Positions 24,689 to 37,318 are shown, counted from the first letter of the whole stretch. The stretch: 63,496 bases of DNA, filler included, from Octopus bimaculoides (GCF_001194135.2; 4 parts of 4 records of this genome joined end to end with filler, not necessarily neighbours in it), one strand, 5' to 3'. Program-made: numbers and translations. The notes: generated by a model not told the origin, from the sequence alone.

Positions 24689-25299
24689 ACATATTATATT
24701 ACAGATAAATTCCTCTATTTAGGTAATATCGAGGTCTCTTTCGTTCTTTTCTTGCCTTACCATTACTATTAATATGTATATATATATATGTATATATATA
24801 TACATACAACCAGACATATATACATACATTAACCAGATTACCGAAACAGCGGATATGAGATTAAATGCTTAAGTAATGTCACAAACATGTGTTTCAGGTG
24901 TATATACTTGGCCCAGTAGTGAAAATATACAGCCTGAATAAATCAAAAAATTCTCAGCAGCCAAGGAGAGAGATCAAGTTTACTAATCGACCAATTTTGG
25001 CTTTCTTTAAAGTCATATACAAGATTTGATTACTTTTCCTAATTCACCGACAGAACTTACAAGTACCACTGTATGAACACTATTGTTTCAACACTAATGT
25101 ATAAGCGCTTGTATATAAACGCGATTAGACAAACAATTCTATACGAACACTAGTGCAGAAATACTTTATAAGTACAGCTGTCTAAACACGTGTACAGAAA
25201 CACTATTATATAAGTACTTCTATATAAATACATCTATATGTACATACTATTACATAAACACTAATATATGAACGCTATTACATGTATATTTTGGAGTAA

Positions 25300-25460
25300 G
25301 CCACGCGTGGCTTACTGGTTGCATTCACGATCGTAAGATAGTGATTTCGATTACTAGACCGGGCGATGCATTGTGTTCTTGAACGAAAAATTTACTTCAC
25401 TTTGCTCCAGTCAACTTAACTGGCAAAAATAAGCAATCCTGTGACAGACCGGCGTCCTTT
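25300..25460 (+). mobile_element. Degenerate SINE family D-like head
   Basis: CACGATCGTAAG...GATTTCGATTAC.AGACCGGGCG...TGTGTTCTTGAAC..AA.ATTTACTTCAC.TTGCTCCAGTC.ACT resembles 58571-58690 and the reverse complement of 57040-57170. Confidence 0.6.
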
Positions 25461-25530
25461 CCTAGTACTTATTCTATCGGTGTCTTTATAAGTACAAATT
25501 ATAACTACTACAATTAGTAAACATAAAATA

Positions 25531-25566
<36 letters not shown>

Positions 25567-26056
25567 NNNNNNNNNNNNNNNNNNNNNNNNNNNNNNNNNN
25601 NNNNNNNNNNNNNNNNNNNNNNNNNNNNNNNNNNNNNNNNNNNNNNNNNNNNNNNNNNNNNNNNNNNNNNNNNNNNNNNNNNNNNNNNNNNNNNNNNNNN
25701 NNNNNNNNNNNNNNNNNNNNNNNNNNNNNNNNNNNNNNNNNNNNNNNNNNNNNNNNNNNNNNNNNNNNNNNNNNNNNNNNNNNNNNNNNNNNNNNNNNNN
25801 NNNNNNNNNNNNNNNNNNNNNNNNNNNNNNNNNNNNNNNNNNNNNNNNNNNNNNNNNNNNNNNNNNNNNNNNNNNNNNNNNNNNNNNNNNNNNNNNNNNN
25901 NNNNNNNNNNNNNNNNNNNNNNNNNNNNNNNNNNNNNNNNNNNNNNNNNNNNNNNNNNNNNNNNNNNNNNNNNNNNNNNNNNNNNNNNNNNNNNNNNNNN
26001 NNNNNNNNNNNNNNATATATATATATATATATATATACATACATATATATACACAA

Positions 26057-26510
26057 GTAGCTAAACTTATTATATAAACAATTAAATTTATGTCTATATT
26101 TAATTTTACGTTCATCATGGGAGTTAATTAAAGTATTATTATTATTTGATAATATCTCCTTAAATTCATTAGTACACAACATACAAAAATTACTGCCTAA
26201 ACGATAAGATTTTGCCTTACAAACTATCTCCCAATTTAAAATGTACTTAATATTTTTAAATCTTAGTACCCAAATATATTTACTAAGGCCAGTAGAATTA
26301 ATCAAATTTCTATTCTTAAAAGAGTTCATGCGTTGAGCCACACGTAATTTAATTTTATTCGAAGTCGATCCTATGTAAATCTTATTTAAATTATAACCAT
26401 TAAATCTATCCCCATCAATTAAAGTCACTATACATTTATACACCACATCCTTCAAATCACATTTATTATTAAATTTACATTTGGTTTCATCTCTACATGT
26501 ATAATTAATT
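26057..26510 (-). mobile_element. Penelope-like retroelement, GIY-YIG endonuclease C-terminus
   Basis: The minus strand reads TCRDETKCKFNNKCDLKDVVYKC...KIYIGST...LSKYIWVL......NWEIVCKAKSY...CMLCTNE...LINS. This gives the Cys cluster, VVY/YIG motifs and the terminal CxLC typical of PLE endonucleases. It is followed by (TA)n. Confidence 0.88.
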
Positions 26511-26522
26511 ATATCCTGGTCC

Positions 26523-26589
<67 letters not shown>

Positions 26590-26879
26590 TTTGTCTAGGG
26601 CTTGTAAAGACAGCTATGAAACAAATTACTGTAGTGTTGATAAAGTCATAACGCTTAACTGAATTTTTCTCTACTTCGAAAATGGAAAATACAGAGATTG
26701 TTAATAAAGAATCTGTACCAGATACCTCTTCTCATGTACATCTGTAGAAAATGAGAGTAATATATCATATAAAAGAAATCCTTGTGTAAACCTTGTCATG
26801 TAATTTTCTGCATCTCTGACGTATGAAAACAAAAATGACTCTGGCAACTACCCAAATCTTAAAGCTATTATTTATCAAA

Positions 26880-27350
26880 CCAAGATGAAATCAAGCTGGA
26901 CGGACGTTGTCAAGAATACTGTTTTATACTAGCTGACAATTGTGAATAGTATTTGAAGGAATGGCTTCTGTACAACTCATCAAAAGTTTTATCTAATTAC
27001 TTCCATTGTATTTTGATGACCTCATAGATGATCTCAGATTTTTCAACAAGGATGTTTTTTAATGATTGGTAGGAAAAGCAAAAGAAAAAAGCGAAACTTC
27101 ATAATCAAAGCCAAGGCTGCAAAGATTCTGGGAGTCTTCTCATGTTGATAGAAGTTAAAAAATAAGTGCAATGAAACAAGAAATACTGGATGGCCGTATT
27201 TAATTGTGCTATAACCATAACAATCTTTCTCTCCATGAGAAGACTGGCCTTTAGTAAAGAACAGATCATAGGATCCAAGTATAATGAGAACTTTGTTAGT
27301 TATTATGGAGTCTTTTGCACTATTTGATTCCTTTCTGATTTACAGTTTCT
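26880..27350 (+). mobile_element. Ancient hAT transposase relic, ZMYM1/DUF4371-like N-terminal region
   Basis: Frameshifted translation gives KEWLLYNSSK..., FNDW*EKQKKKAKLHNQSQGCKDS..., NKKYWMAVFNCAITITIFLSMRRLAFSKEQIIGSKYNENF / MESFALFDSFL. This parallels REWL.YS / GFNDWK....HE.S..H / KYW..VL.R....IKFL..RGLAFRG....GS..NGNF...ELLA.FD.FL, as recalled from family knowledge. Confidence 0.6.
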
Positions 27351-27362
27351 AACCATCTAAAG

Positions 27363-28818
27363 CAATGGTTCTTAACCTGGGTTCGATCGAAACCCAGGGG
27401 TTCGTTGAGTCAGTCTCAGGGTTTTAGGCAGGGGTCAACATACATGCAGTATAGCCCAGTTCCCATTAGCAATGTCGGGCCGTTTTTGTCGGCCGTTAAA
27501 AAATCGGCTGCCGACAATTTAGCAACACAAAATTTTTCTTCGCCGTGTTAGATTACAAATATTTAGCTGCTTTGTAAAAAATTGTTACACAAAATAAATT
27601 TTCATGATAAACTAGTTTATTAAACGATATATTACGATAACAAAATAAAATTTAATTTTAAATATTAATTTATAAATAAATATTAAAATTTTTAAAGTAT
27701 TTTGAACAAAGCAAAAAATCGGCCCCGGCTTATGTCTGTGTGTCCGTTCCGTATTATTCATGACGTCACGCTCTGCTTAGCCATCATTGGCTGCAGTTGA
27801 TCACGTCTCATCGCTTGGCTTTGATATCTGTGCTGCGGGAAGCTTGGTGTGCTCAGTAGTCGACTCGTGGCTGTTGTGATTGTACGTCATTTGTGACTTT
27901 CTTTTAATTTTTCAAACTCTTCATACTATGTCGATCAACGTATAATATGGATTCACGTATATAAAGGAACGTGATGAGAGTTAGTGTCCTCAATGCATGA
28001 TTTTCAATGCCAATTTGAGCAATTCTGGTCTAGTAGCTGCAGATCTGATTTCAAGCCGAGCAAAATCCAACCTCCAGCTCGACGAGACCGCCGACGTTTC
28101 CAATTTAAGCCAGCTTGTTGTATTCATACGTTATATGAAATACAACGTGATAAAGGAAGGGTACACTTCCTAAAGCTACATAGAGATGGGAAATACAAGA
28201 ACACAACGCTCGCTGAATTCAAGGGGAAGAGAGCCAGATTCTATGAAAAGGCTACTCTGCCTGTTCTCGGCTTAGTACCCATCGACAAACTGATCTGCAC
28301 AGCATCGTACGAAGTTACGTACCTGGTCGCAAAGCAGGGCAAACCACACACCATTGGTGAAATATTCATAAGACCAGCTGCATTGAAGATGGTGAATATC
28401 ATGCTGGGAAAAGCTGCTGAAGATAAGTTATCCCAAATTCCTCTTTCAAATGACATTATCAGCAGCAGAATATACGACATGAGTGACGACATCTTGGCTC
28501 TAGTAGTTGCAGATCTGATTTCAAGCCCAGCAAAATCCAGCCTCCAACTCGACGAGACCACCGAGGTTTCCAATTTAAGCCAGCTTGTTGTATTCGTACG
28601 TTATGTGAAAGACGACGTGACAAAGGAAGATGTTTTATTTTGTAAGCTTCTTACAACAACAATCAAGGCAGCTGATGTGAAGAAACTAGTGGATGACTTC
28701 TGAGACCACGGGCTTTCGTGGAATATGGTTTCTGCGAATTGTTCAGGTGCAGCTCCTACCATGCTGGGACGACACTCTAGTTTTGGAGCGCTGGTGAAAT
28801 CCGATGCGCCACACATTG
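27363..28818 (+). mobile_element. hAT Buster/Charlie-family transposon (FAM200/ZBED8-like transposase), 3'-truncated pseudogene
   Basis: The left TIR CAATGGTTCTTAACCTGGGTTCGATCG is preceded by ATCTAAAG, with a central TA typical of Buster targets. The protein includes KQGKPHTIGE..., IPLSNDIISSRI..., SLQLDETTEVSNLSQLVVFVRYV and EDVLFCK, then a stop and LSWNMVSANCSGAAPTMLG. No right TIR was found. Confidence 0.93.
27755..27795 (+). promoter_or_regulatory. Possible transposase promoter elements
   Basis: Perfect CRE palindrome TGACGTCA at 27761-27768 and an inverted CCAAT (ATTGG) at 27786-27790. They lie in a CpG-rich patch about 140-160 bp upstream of the transposase ATG at 27928. Motif match only. 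Confidence 0.25.
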
Positions 28819-30242
28819 CTACGCTGACTTACACTGATTTATGCCAATTTACGCTGTAAAAATAGATAATGTTTAATTAATGACGAGCCATCAAATGCAA
28901 AGAGATGTAAATTTGGCTATCTATCACGTTGCAAACTAAATTTATGCAACTGATCTTTACTTTTGATCGAAGGAAAAACCGTGCCTTTTATCTAGGAGCA
29001 GTCAACAAAGCGTAAAACGGTCCATCAGGAGACCGCCACTATCTCTTTTTCCCGCTCACCAACAGTATAGAATGGCTGTCTTTTTTTATTATTTAGATCC
29101 CAATGAGGCTTAATGATATTTAAATATATTAGAATTCTTTTGATTTACGTTGTTGCACACAAACACAAGCATACACACACAAGCACACATGCATACACGC
29201 ACAGAGGGGAGGAGAGATAATGGGAGAATGTGTGTGTGTGTGTGCGTGTGTGTGTGGGCATGTAAACTTATATACATGTCCACCCGGTACCTGCACAACC
29301 TGTTGTATTTCCACAAAATACAGACAATGAGAATAAAGTAGAGTTAATGTCATTAATGTGCACAGAGGATAGGCTAAATAGAGCTGATTATATTATTATT
29401 GTTCGATAATTATAGTTGTGTTCTACAATATATAAACTGGAATATATAGTGTTTTGTATCCGTGATATAAAACAAACCTTGGAAATAGATCTAAGCAGTT
29501 GAATGTACGATAAAAATCAAAAATAGAAAAATCAGAATGGGAGTGATTGACTGTGCCAAAACAATTACATTTAATAAAACTTTGTACTGTAACGTGAGGA
29601 GAAGTTAATTCTGGAGACTAAGGCAGGGTTTGTCATAGAAGAAAATTAAAATGATTTGGAACGCTGTGAAGGAAGTTTAATATGGCTGTATCAATATAAT
29701 CATTTACACATTGTATTAAATTGTAAATGGCTAAGTATTCCAGGAGGACTTGTACATTTAACATGATCCTCAGATACAATCAGTTCGACAGGGCGTGTGG
29801 CGGGATGTGTGACAGGGCTGGTTCGTGAATTGCATCCACAGCCGATCCTACTGGCTTCTGCGCTGTTTCCTTCTAATTTATTTGCAAAATTTGAGTCAGA
29901 AGATACTTGCGTAATGCATATGCATCGGGATCGAAATGTGTTTGTCAGGGGAATGACAGTTATGTAGGACAGAGTTATATGGAGCGCGGTCATTTGGTTA
30001 ACAAGTTCATTTCACCATTATTCATGTGTAGGGTGGGTATAGATATTCATTTTTTTAAAGTTTCGTTTTATAACCGGGAAAAAATGGAATTCAATATATA
30101 AACAAGTGAATATAGATCATTTATTAACTGAGAAGCTTAAGCAATAACAAGTGACTCTAGGACCTACAGTCCGGTACCAAAAACAAATTAGACTATTATT
30201 TTGGGGTAGAATTCTAGACCCTGCGTGTGCGCGTGTACGTGT

Positions 30243-30281
<39 letters not shown>

Positions 30282-30344
30282 TGTGCGTGCGCGTGCGTGA
30301 GTGCGTGTGTGTTGTATGTGTGTGTGTGTGTGTGTGTGTCTTTT

Positions 30345-30533
30345 ATCTTTTACTGCCTTGAAGAATTTTAGTCGAACAAATTGACCCTATTACTTATTTT
30401 TGCTTTTAAACCTGATACATACTTTACCGTTCTTTTTTTGCTGAACCGCTAACTTAACATAAACAAATGTACACCGTCTATCAAGTGGTCGTGAAGACAA
30501 ACACAAACAGGCACGCGCGTGCACACACACACT

Positions 30534-30610
<77 letters not shown>

Positions 30611-30764
30611 GACGGATTTGTTTCAGTGTCCATCTACCAAACCCACTCACAAGGCATTGGTCAGCTTGGGACTATAACAGAAGACACTTGACCAAGGTGC
30701 CAAGCAGTGGAGCTGAACCCTGAGCCATGTAGTTGGAAAACAAACTTCTTACCACACAGTCACG
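30345..30764 (-). mobile_element. SINE family A, near full length, diverged
   Basis: Right arm, (CA)n(TA)n(CA)n, then left arm ending CTTACCACACAGTCAC, all as the reverse complement of 18455-18851. Confidence 0.85.
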
Positions 30765-31261
30765 TCATAGACAATAACCAAATATATTCCAGAGTCAACT
30801 CACTGTAAAAGAAAGAAAATAAATCGTTTACAATGCAAAATGCTAGGGTGAACATCAAATGTTTATGAAGGACAGATACGATTTCACTTTTTTCTTATTT
30901 TTTTACTTTAGAAAATGAAGAGAAGGTTTTTTCGGCAGAAAGATGCAAAGAGAGGCTCGTACATTGTTACCATATCAGGTATGAAGGGCAGGTAATGGTA
31001 GAGTGGAACGGTGTGGGGTGATGGCAAGTTTTATTTCTGTAACTGCCAAGTTATATGAAGAAGTTATAAATGAATTTCAATATTTTTAGCAGATGAAATT
31101 TAAAAAAAAAAAAAATTCAATATGTTTATTTAAAATGATTGAAGTGTTGAAATGTAAACAAAGTAAATCTCGGAGGAGTTTCCAGTGTTAAATGTGGATT
31201 TTCAATTAAGCGAAGAAATGCGGAATAATGTAATTGTGTGGGGTGGGGTTGGATCGTATCA

Positions 31262-31425
31262 GCGTTGGCATTGGTGTATGATTAAGAATCTCGCTTCGTA
31301 ACTAAATGCTTTCGAGTTCAGCCCCACTGCACGGCACCTCGAGCCAGAGTTTTCTACTGTAGTCCAGGGGCGATGAAAGCCTTATCAGTGTTTCTGGTCG
31401 GCGGAAACCGAAAAAAGCCCGTCGA
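31262..31425 (+). mobile_element. SINE family A, degenerate left arm
   Basis: GAGTTCAGCCCCACTGCACGGCACCTCGAG...AAAGCCTT...GGAAACCGAAAAAAGCCCGTCG. Confidence 0.65.
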
Positions 31426-31495
31426 ATACATACATTAAAATATAGATAGATAAATACCGACCTACCTATCCACCTATCTACATATGTACACATTT

Positions 31496-31537
<42 letters not shown>

Positions 31538-31627
31538 ACATTCACCATGATAGATCGCTAACCACTACACACATTTTTTCTTTCCTTGTTTCTCTCTTTT
31601 TTTCTCTCCTTGTTTCTTTCTGTGTTC

Positions 31628-31663
31628 CTTTCTGTGGAAGAGCGTAGGCTCGAAACGTTAAAG
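31628..31663 (+). ncRNA. Degenerate minimal hammerhead-ribozyme-like motif
   Basis: Reads CTTT-CTGTGGA-A-GAGC-GTAG-GCTC-GAAA-CGT-T-AAAG. It has the same architecture as 2266-2300 with different stem I and loop II sequences that still pair. The core CUGAUGA is mutated to CUGUGGA. Confidence 0.55.
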
Positions 31664-31857
31664 ACTTTTTCAATTCCCGAGCGTTATACTAATACATCTG
31701 TTTGTTTTCTACACTACGTGTCTTCACCTGTTGTTTTTTGTGAATTCTCTCTCTATATATATAGCATTACATAATGTATATCTGTAATACACTCCATAGT
31801 TCTTAAATATGCATGTATATGTGTGTGTCTATGTATATGTGTATATATATATATATA

Positions 31858-32122
31858 TTAATAGTTATCGCCAAGCCAACATGGCAGTCCCAAAATTAGG
31901 ACGAAAGCTGCCGTGAATTAGCTCCAAGAAGCCATCGCCTCTAGTTAGCTATGTGACACACGAAACCTGTGTCCTTTATAACCTTCGAACAGGGGAGGTC
32001 AGCAGTTTCCCCTTGCTGGTTTGGCATCTGCAGACTAGTTTCAGGGTGTTGCCCCTTGTCAATGCAGAGCAGCCAAGCTCCAGCGAGGCGGCGCTGCTGA
32101 CTATCTGTTCGAAGGTTATTTA
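31858..32122 (+). mobile_element. Fold-back MITE relative of 49173-49416, left arm plus internal inverted repeat
   Basis: The left arm (..GCCAA...ACATGGCAGTCC....TTAGGAC...GCTG) resembles 49178-49300. The internal 15-bp perfect inverted repeat is ATAACCTTCGAACAG (31979) / CTGTTCGAAGGTTAT (32105-32119). Confidence 0.6.
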
Positions 32123-32644
32123 TCTAATTTCAGTTATTAATATTTCTAAGTCTCTCTATTTCTGAAAACCAGTGAATAGATTCCACTGAAATTAGATANN
32201 NNNNNNNNNNNNNNNNNNNNNNNNNNNNNNNNNNNNNNNNNNNNNNNNNNNNNNNNNNNNNNNNNNNNNNNNNNNNNNNNNNNNNNNNNNNNNNNNNNNN
32301 NNNNNNNNNNNNNNNNNNNNNNNNNNNNNNNNNNNNNNNNNNNNNNNNNNNNNNNNNNNNNNNNNNNNNNNNNNNNNNNNNNNNNNNNNNNNNNNNNNNN
32401 NNNNNNNNNNNNNNNNNNNNNNNNNNNNNNNNNNNNNNNNNNNNNNNNNNNNNNNNNNNNNNNNNNNNNNNNNNNNNNNNNNNNNNNNNNNNNNNNNNNN
32501 NNNNNNNNNNNNNNNNNNNNNNNNNNNNNNNNNNNNNNNNNNNNNNNNNNNNNNNNNNNNNNNNNNNNNNNNNNNNNNNNNNNNNNNNNATATATATACA
32601 TGCATACACACATACGAATATGTGTGCATACCTGCATACAAACA

Positions 32645-32681
<37 letters not shown>

Positions 32682-33463
32682 TGCATGTATGTATGTGTGA
32701 GAGAGAGAGAGAATGGAAGGGGAGGAGAAGGTAGAGAAGAAAGAAAGACGGGATCGAAGGTAACCTAGTATGGATAGATGGAATTTGATAGTTTTGAAGG
32801 CTTTCACTAGTCTCTTATGTAATAGATGTAAGAGATGAAAACAACTTGTCAGAAGGTGGATGATATTTGATAGCTGTTCATTCTTAAATCTTTTATTTTC
32901 GAAACATAAAACAAACTACAGGTACAGACATGGCTGTGTTGTTCAGATTTTTCAGGAATTTGCTTCGCAAACACACGAAGTTCAGGTTCTATTCTGGTGT
33001 GCTTCATTTTGGGTTTCTTCTCTTGAAACCTTGTGTTGACCAGTAACTTACGAATGAAACTGGGTTAACGGAAATTGCGCCTTGTTCGGTTGTCTCGTTC
33101 TTTGTCACATGCAAACAAGTATAACTCGATATCAAAAGTAACCTTTCTTTATTCCCGATGCCTTCGCTCCTGTTTAAGGTATTCTTGCAGTTACCAATAG
33201 ACACAAACATTGTCCCGACACTCGCATTCTTGACCTAGCGTTAAATCAAAGACGTGTTTGCGGGAGGGAGAGAGAGCGTTGCATGTTTCTAACCAATGTA
33301 TGTAAGCAAGATTTATTTCACGGCAATCTTTTACTTGTCTTGTCACAGCCCAGTCACAAGTTTTATGCTGTACTTTTATCGATCTAACAATGTTATCCCT
33401 TGGCACGCTGCAGTCTTATAAATGTTACCGTTGTATGTACGTGTGAGTGTGTGTGTGTGTGTG

Positions 33464-33516
<53 letters not shown>

Positions 33517-33869
33517 GCACACACACTTCTCACCAACACTACACACTCACACAGACACGCATACAATCACACACACATGGGCATAAGCAACACACGCACA
33601 TACAATAGCAAACGCACGCACACACACGTACACAGCAACGCACATATACACAACATACACATACACACAAACACACACGCACGCACAAGACCATACACAT
33701 ACACACACGCGCACATACAAAATNNNNNNNNNNNNNNNNNNNNNNNNNNNNNNNNNNNNNNNNNNNNTTAATTAATTAANNNNNNNNNNNNNNNNNNNNN
33801 NNNNNNNNNNNNNNNNNNNNNNNTACATTTATATATATATATATATATAGATATAAATATATATACCTG

Positions 33870-33930
<61 letters not shown>

Positions 33931-33932
33931 TC

Positions 33933-33970
<38 letters not shown>

Positions 33971-34414
33971 TGTTACGTATGCATGAATGTTCATACAGTA
34001 ATACGTTTGTCGTTAAAGTCAAATCTAGTTGAAATGGTATATATTTCACATTTCCATTTCTCATGTGATGGCAATTTTTATCGCATTTTTACGAATCTGC
34101 CAAAATTTGTATTATAATGGAAAAAGAAACGATAATAACAAAATAAAAACAATATCTAATAATTGCGTTGAATATGCTATAAGTTTTTGACGACCTATAT
34201 ATCATTATTACATTGGCAACATTTTTACCTAAAAGTACTTTTTGGTAACAGTTAGTAGTGTTTAAGAAATTGTTGTATACATGGCGTATACGTAAGATAC
34301 TAACGACATTGCAGTCACGTGGAATCAAATTTCGAGGAAATGGAGACAAAATTCAAGCAAACAAGATTTTGAAGAAGGAGACGAATTGGTTGAGTTAGAA
34401 AATTATAATTTAGT

Positions 34415-35527
34415 AAAGTATGGGCCGACAGTTACAAATTTTGGTGGAGGGGATGAGTCCATCATCAACGCCAGTGGTCAACTAGTGTGTTGGCACTCTG
34501 TCGATTACGACGTCGAGGGTTCCAGTTAATCCGATCAACGGAACAGCCAGCTCGTGAAATTAACGTGCAAGTGGCTGAGCACTCCACAGACACGTGTACA
34601 CTTAACGTAGTTCCCGGAGATATTCAGCGTGACACAGTGTGACAAGACTGACTCTTTGAATTACAGGTACAACAGAAACAGGAAGAAAGAATGAGACAGT
34701 TGTGGTGAAAGAGTGCAGCAGGGTTCCCCACCATCCCCTGCTGGAACCTCGTGGAGACTTAGGTGTTTTCGCTCAATAAACACTCACAACGCCCGGTCTG
34801 GGAATCGAAACCGCGACTCCGCTGCCCTAACCACTGGGCCATTGCGCCTCCGGTCAACTAGTTCTTATTTCCCGAAAGGATGAAAGGAGAGTCGACCTAG
34901 GCGAAATTTGAACTCAGAAGAGAGCGACGGGCAAAATGCCGCTAAGCATTTCGCCCGGCGCTCTAACGATTCTGCCAGCTCACCGCCTTATATCAGTAAT
35001 GATGACAATAATAATGTGACATAATAGAATATTAGGATTTCAAATTTCTGCCATAAGTACAGCTTGGGGAAGCGGATTACGTCGATTAAATCGACCCCAG
35101 TGTTTCAGTGGCACTTAATTTATCGACCCCCAAAGAATGACAGGCAAAGTCGACCACGGCGCAATTTGAAATCAGATCGTAACGATAGACGAAATACCGC
35201 TAAGCATTTCGCCCGGCGCTCTAACGACTCTGCCAGCTGGACGTTTTATATTAATAAAGATAATAATATGACATACTACAATATGTCATATTATTATGAT
35301 TACTACAATATAATCATTTCTACTATAGGAACATAGCCGGGATTATGAGGGGCGGGGCACAGTCGATCACATCGTCCCCAGTTCTCAAGTGGCGATTAAT
35401 TTGTCGACCCCGAAAGGGATGAAAGGCAAAGCTGATCTCTGCGGGATTTGAAATCAGAGCAAAGCGACGGGCCACATATCGCTAAGCATATCGCCCCCAT
35501 TCTGACAATTCAACCAGCACGCCGCCT
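34415..35527 (-). mobile_element. Three tandem SINE family B copies (about 34415-34987, 35036-35239, 35327-35527)
   Basis: Each has the head GGCGG.GAGCTGGCAGA.TCGTTAGAGCGCCGGGCGAAATGCTTAGCGG, a B-box-like GAGTTCAAAT and the central GTCGAC...CTTTCATCC...CGGGGTCGA. They are separated by ATA-rich spacers. Confidence 0.85.
34487..34851 (-). mobile_element. SINE family D, full length, nested in a family B SINE
   Basis: The tRNA-like head is GAGGCGCAATGGCCCAGTGGTTAGGGCAGC...GGTTTCGATTCCC. An 11-bp target-site duplication GGTCAACTAGT sits at 34476-34486 and 34852-34862. Confidence 0.9.
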
Positions 35528-36908
35528 TATAATACGATATGATATACGGCAGTATAATGCAAAATAATATAATACAATTTAATACAATGGAGTACCATAT
35601 AAAAGAATGTGACTGCATTCGTATATGCTTCATCGATGTACCACTTGTTTTTAATTCCGTGAGATACAAAATATTTTCTGAGACTATGGAGAAGGGAGTT
35701 GCATGGACGATAATTAACTGACTCTTTGAAGAGAAACTAGGAGAGATATGACGACATGTATGGATATCACAATTACATACATTTATAACTCAATTCCATG
35801 TTTTCTCATAGGAAGGTTCCCAATGAACGTAAATACTAAATTGCTTTTGTATGATTTGATGGGTTTTATTTTACTTATTTATTTATTTTTTATATATATA
35901 TTTTTTGTGGGGTGAATCAAATTTTTCCTCTTTTGAGTAATTTCGTTTAATTTTCTGCTTACTTCAATCCAGTTATTATTCCCTTACAATCGCTCCTCTT
36001 TGAAGAGGCAGATATATCTATCAATTTCCATAATTATAATTACTTTTCACGTTTGCAGCCTGGGAGGAAAAATTTAGTGATTCAGACACACGTAATGACC
36101 GTTAACATCACTTATATTTTGTAATATGCTGTGAAACATCTCGTGCTGAAACATCTCGTCCGTGTGTTTACGCCCTCGCAATGAAGGGTTTTGGCAAAAG
36201 TGTCGGATAGAGTAAATATGAAGCTTACAAGGAAAAGTACTCGGGTCAATTGAGTTCTTCTAGCACATGCTAATCATTGAAACACGTAAAATAATGGGGA
36301 CAAAAACAAATCCAATAATACGTCAAAATTGGCATGCCCTTAAGGAAAGGGACAACTTTCTTGTCTGGAGATAGAAAGACAGTCGTGGACACGTGTTTCA
36401 GTCTCAATAGTCGCTAAGGACGATTTGCGGTCTACTCACTCAGTACAGTGAAACGAAACCAGAAATGGATGCCCCTTTATTGCATTCATGAGCGCAGCAG
36501 TTTGACGTAAGTTCACATATTATAACGAACAGGAATGGACGAGGTGCGTGTCAGACAATTTAGTGAGCAGTCGTAATATTTTATTGCCTGTTCTGTTATA
36601 ATTTTGACGAGTAAATGCTTTTAGCAATTTACATAGTTACATCGTTATATTGCAAAAAACAAACGTAAATATTATGGTGTCAATAAACAGCTAATATTTC
36701 ATGTTTTGTGTTACTTATGTACTTTTGTATCACTTATATATTTTCATTTTATTAATTCTGCTTTTGGCGTCTGTATTCCTTCATTATCTGACTTTTCATT
36801 TATATGGTTACACATTAAAACTTATACACGCACAAAACTTTATATATACGTACTTATATACGTATAAGCATGTATGTATATGTAGTATATATACATATAT
36901 ATAAATTA

Positions 36909-36967
<59 letters not shown>

Positions 36968-37262
36968 GTGTTTGTGTGCGTATATCACTTTCTATATAGA
37001 GAGATATGTATGCATACGTAAGTGGGTGCACATGGATATACATATATGCACACAAACGCACATAGTTATATATATATATATATATATACATAGACATATA
37101 TATATGAAAATATGTGTGTATATATATTTATATAAATATATATTCATATTTATATATATCTGTCGATCTATGTATTTATATATAGAATATAAATTTAAGA
37201 TATATATATATACATATATATATATACATACATACACACACACATGTATATATATACATCAA

Positions 37263-37318
<56 letters not shown>

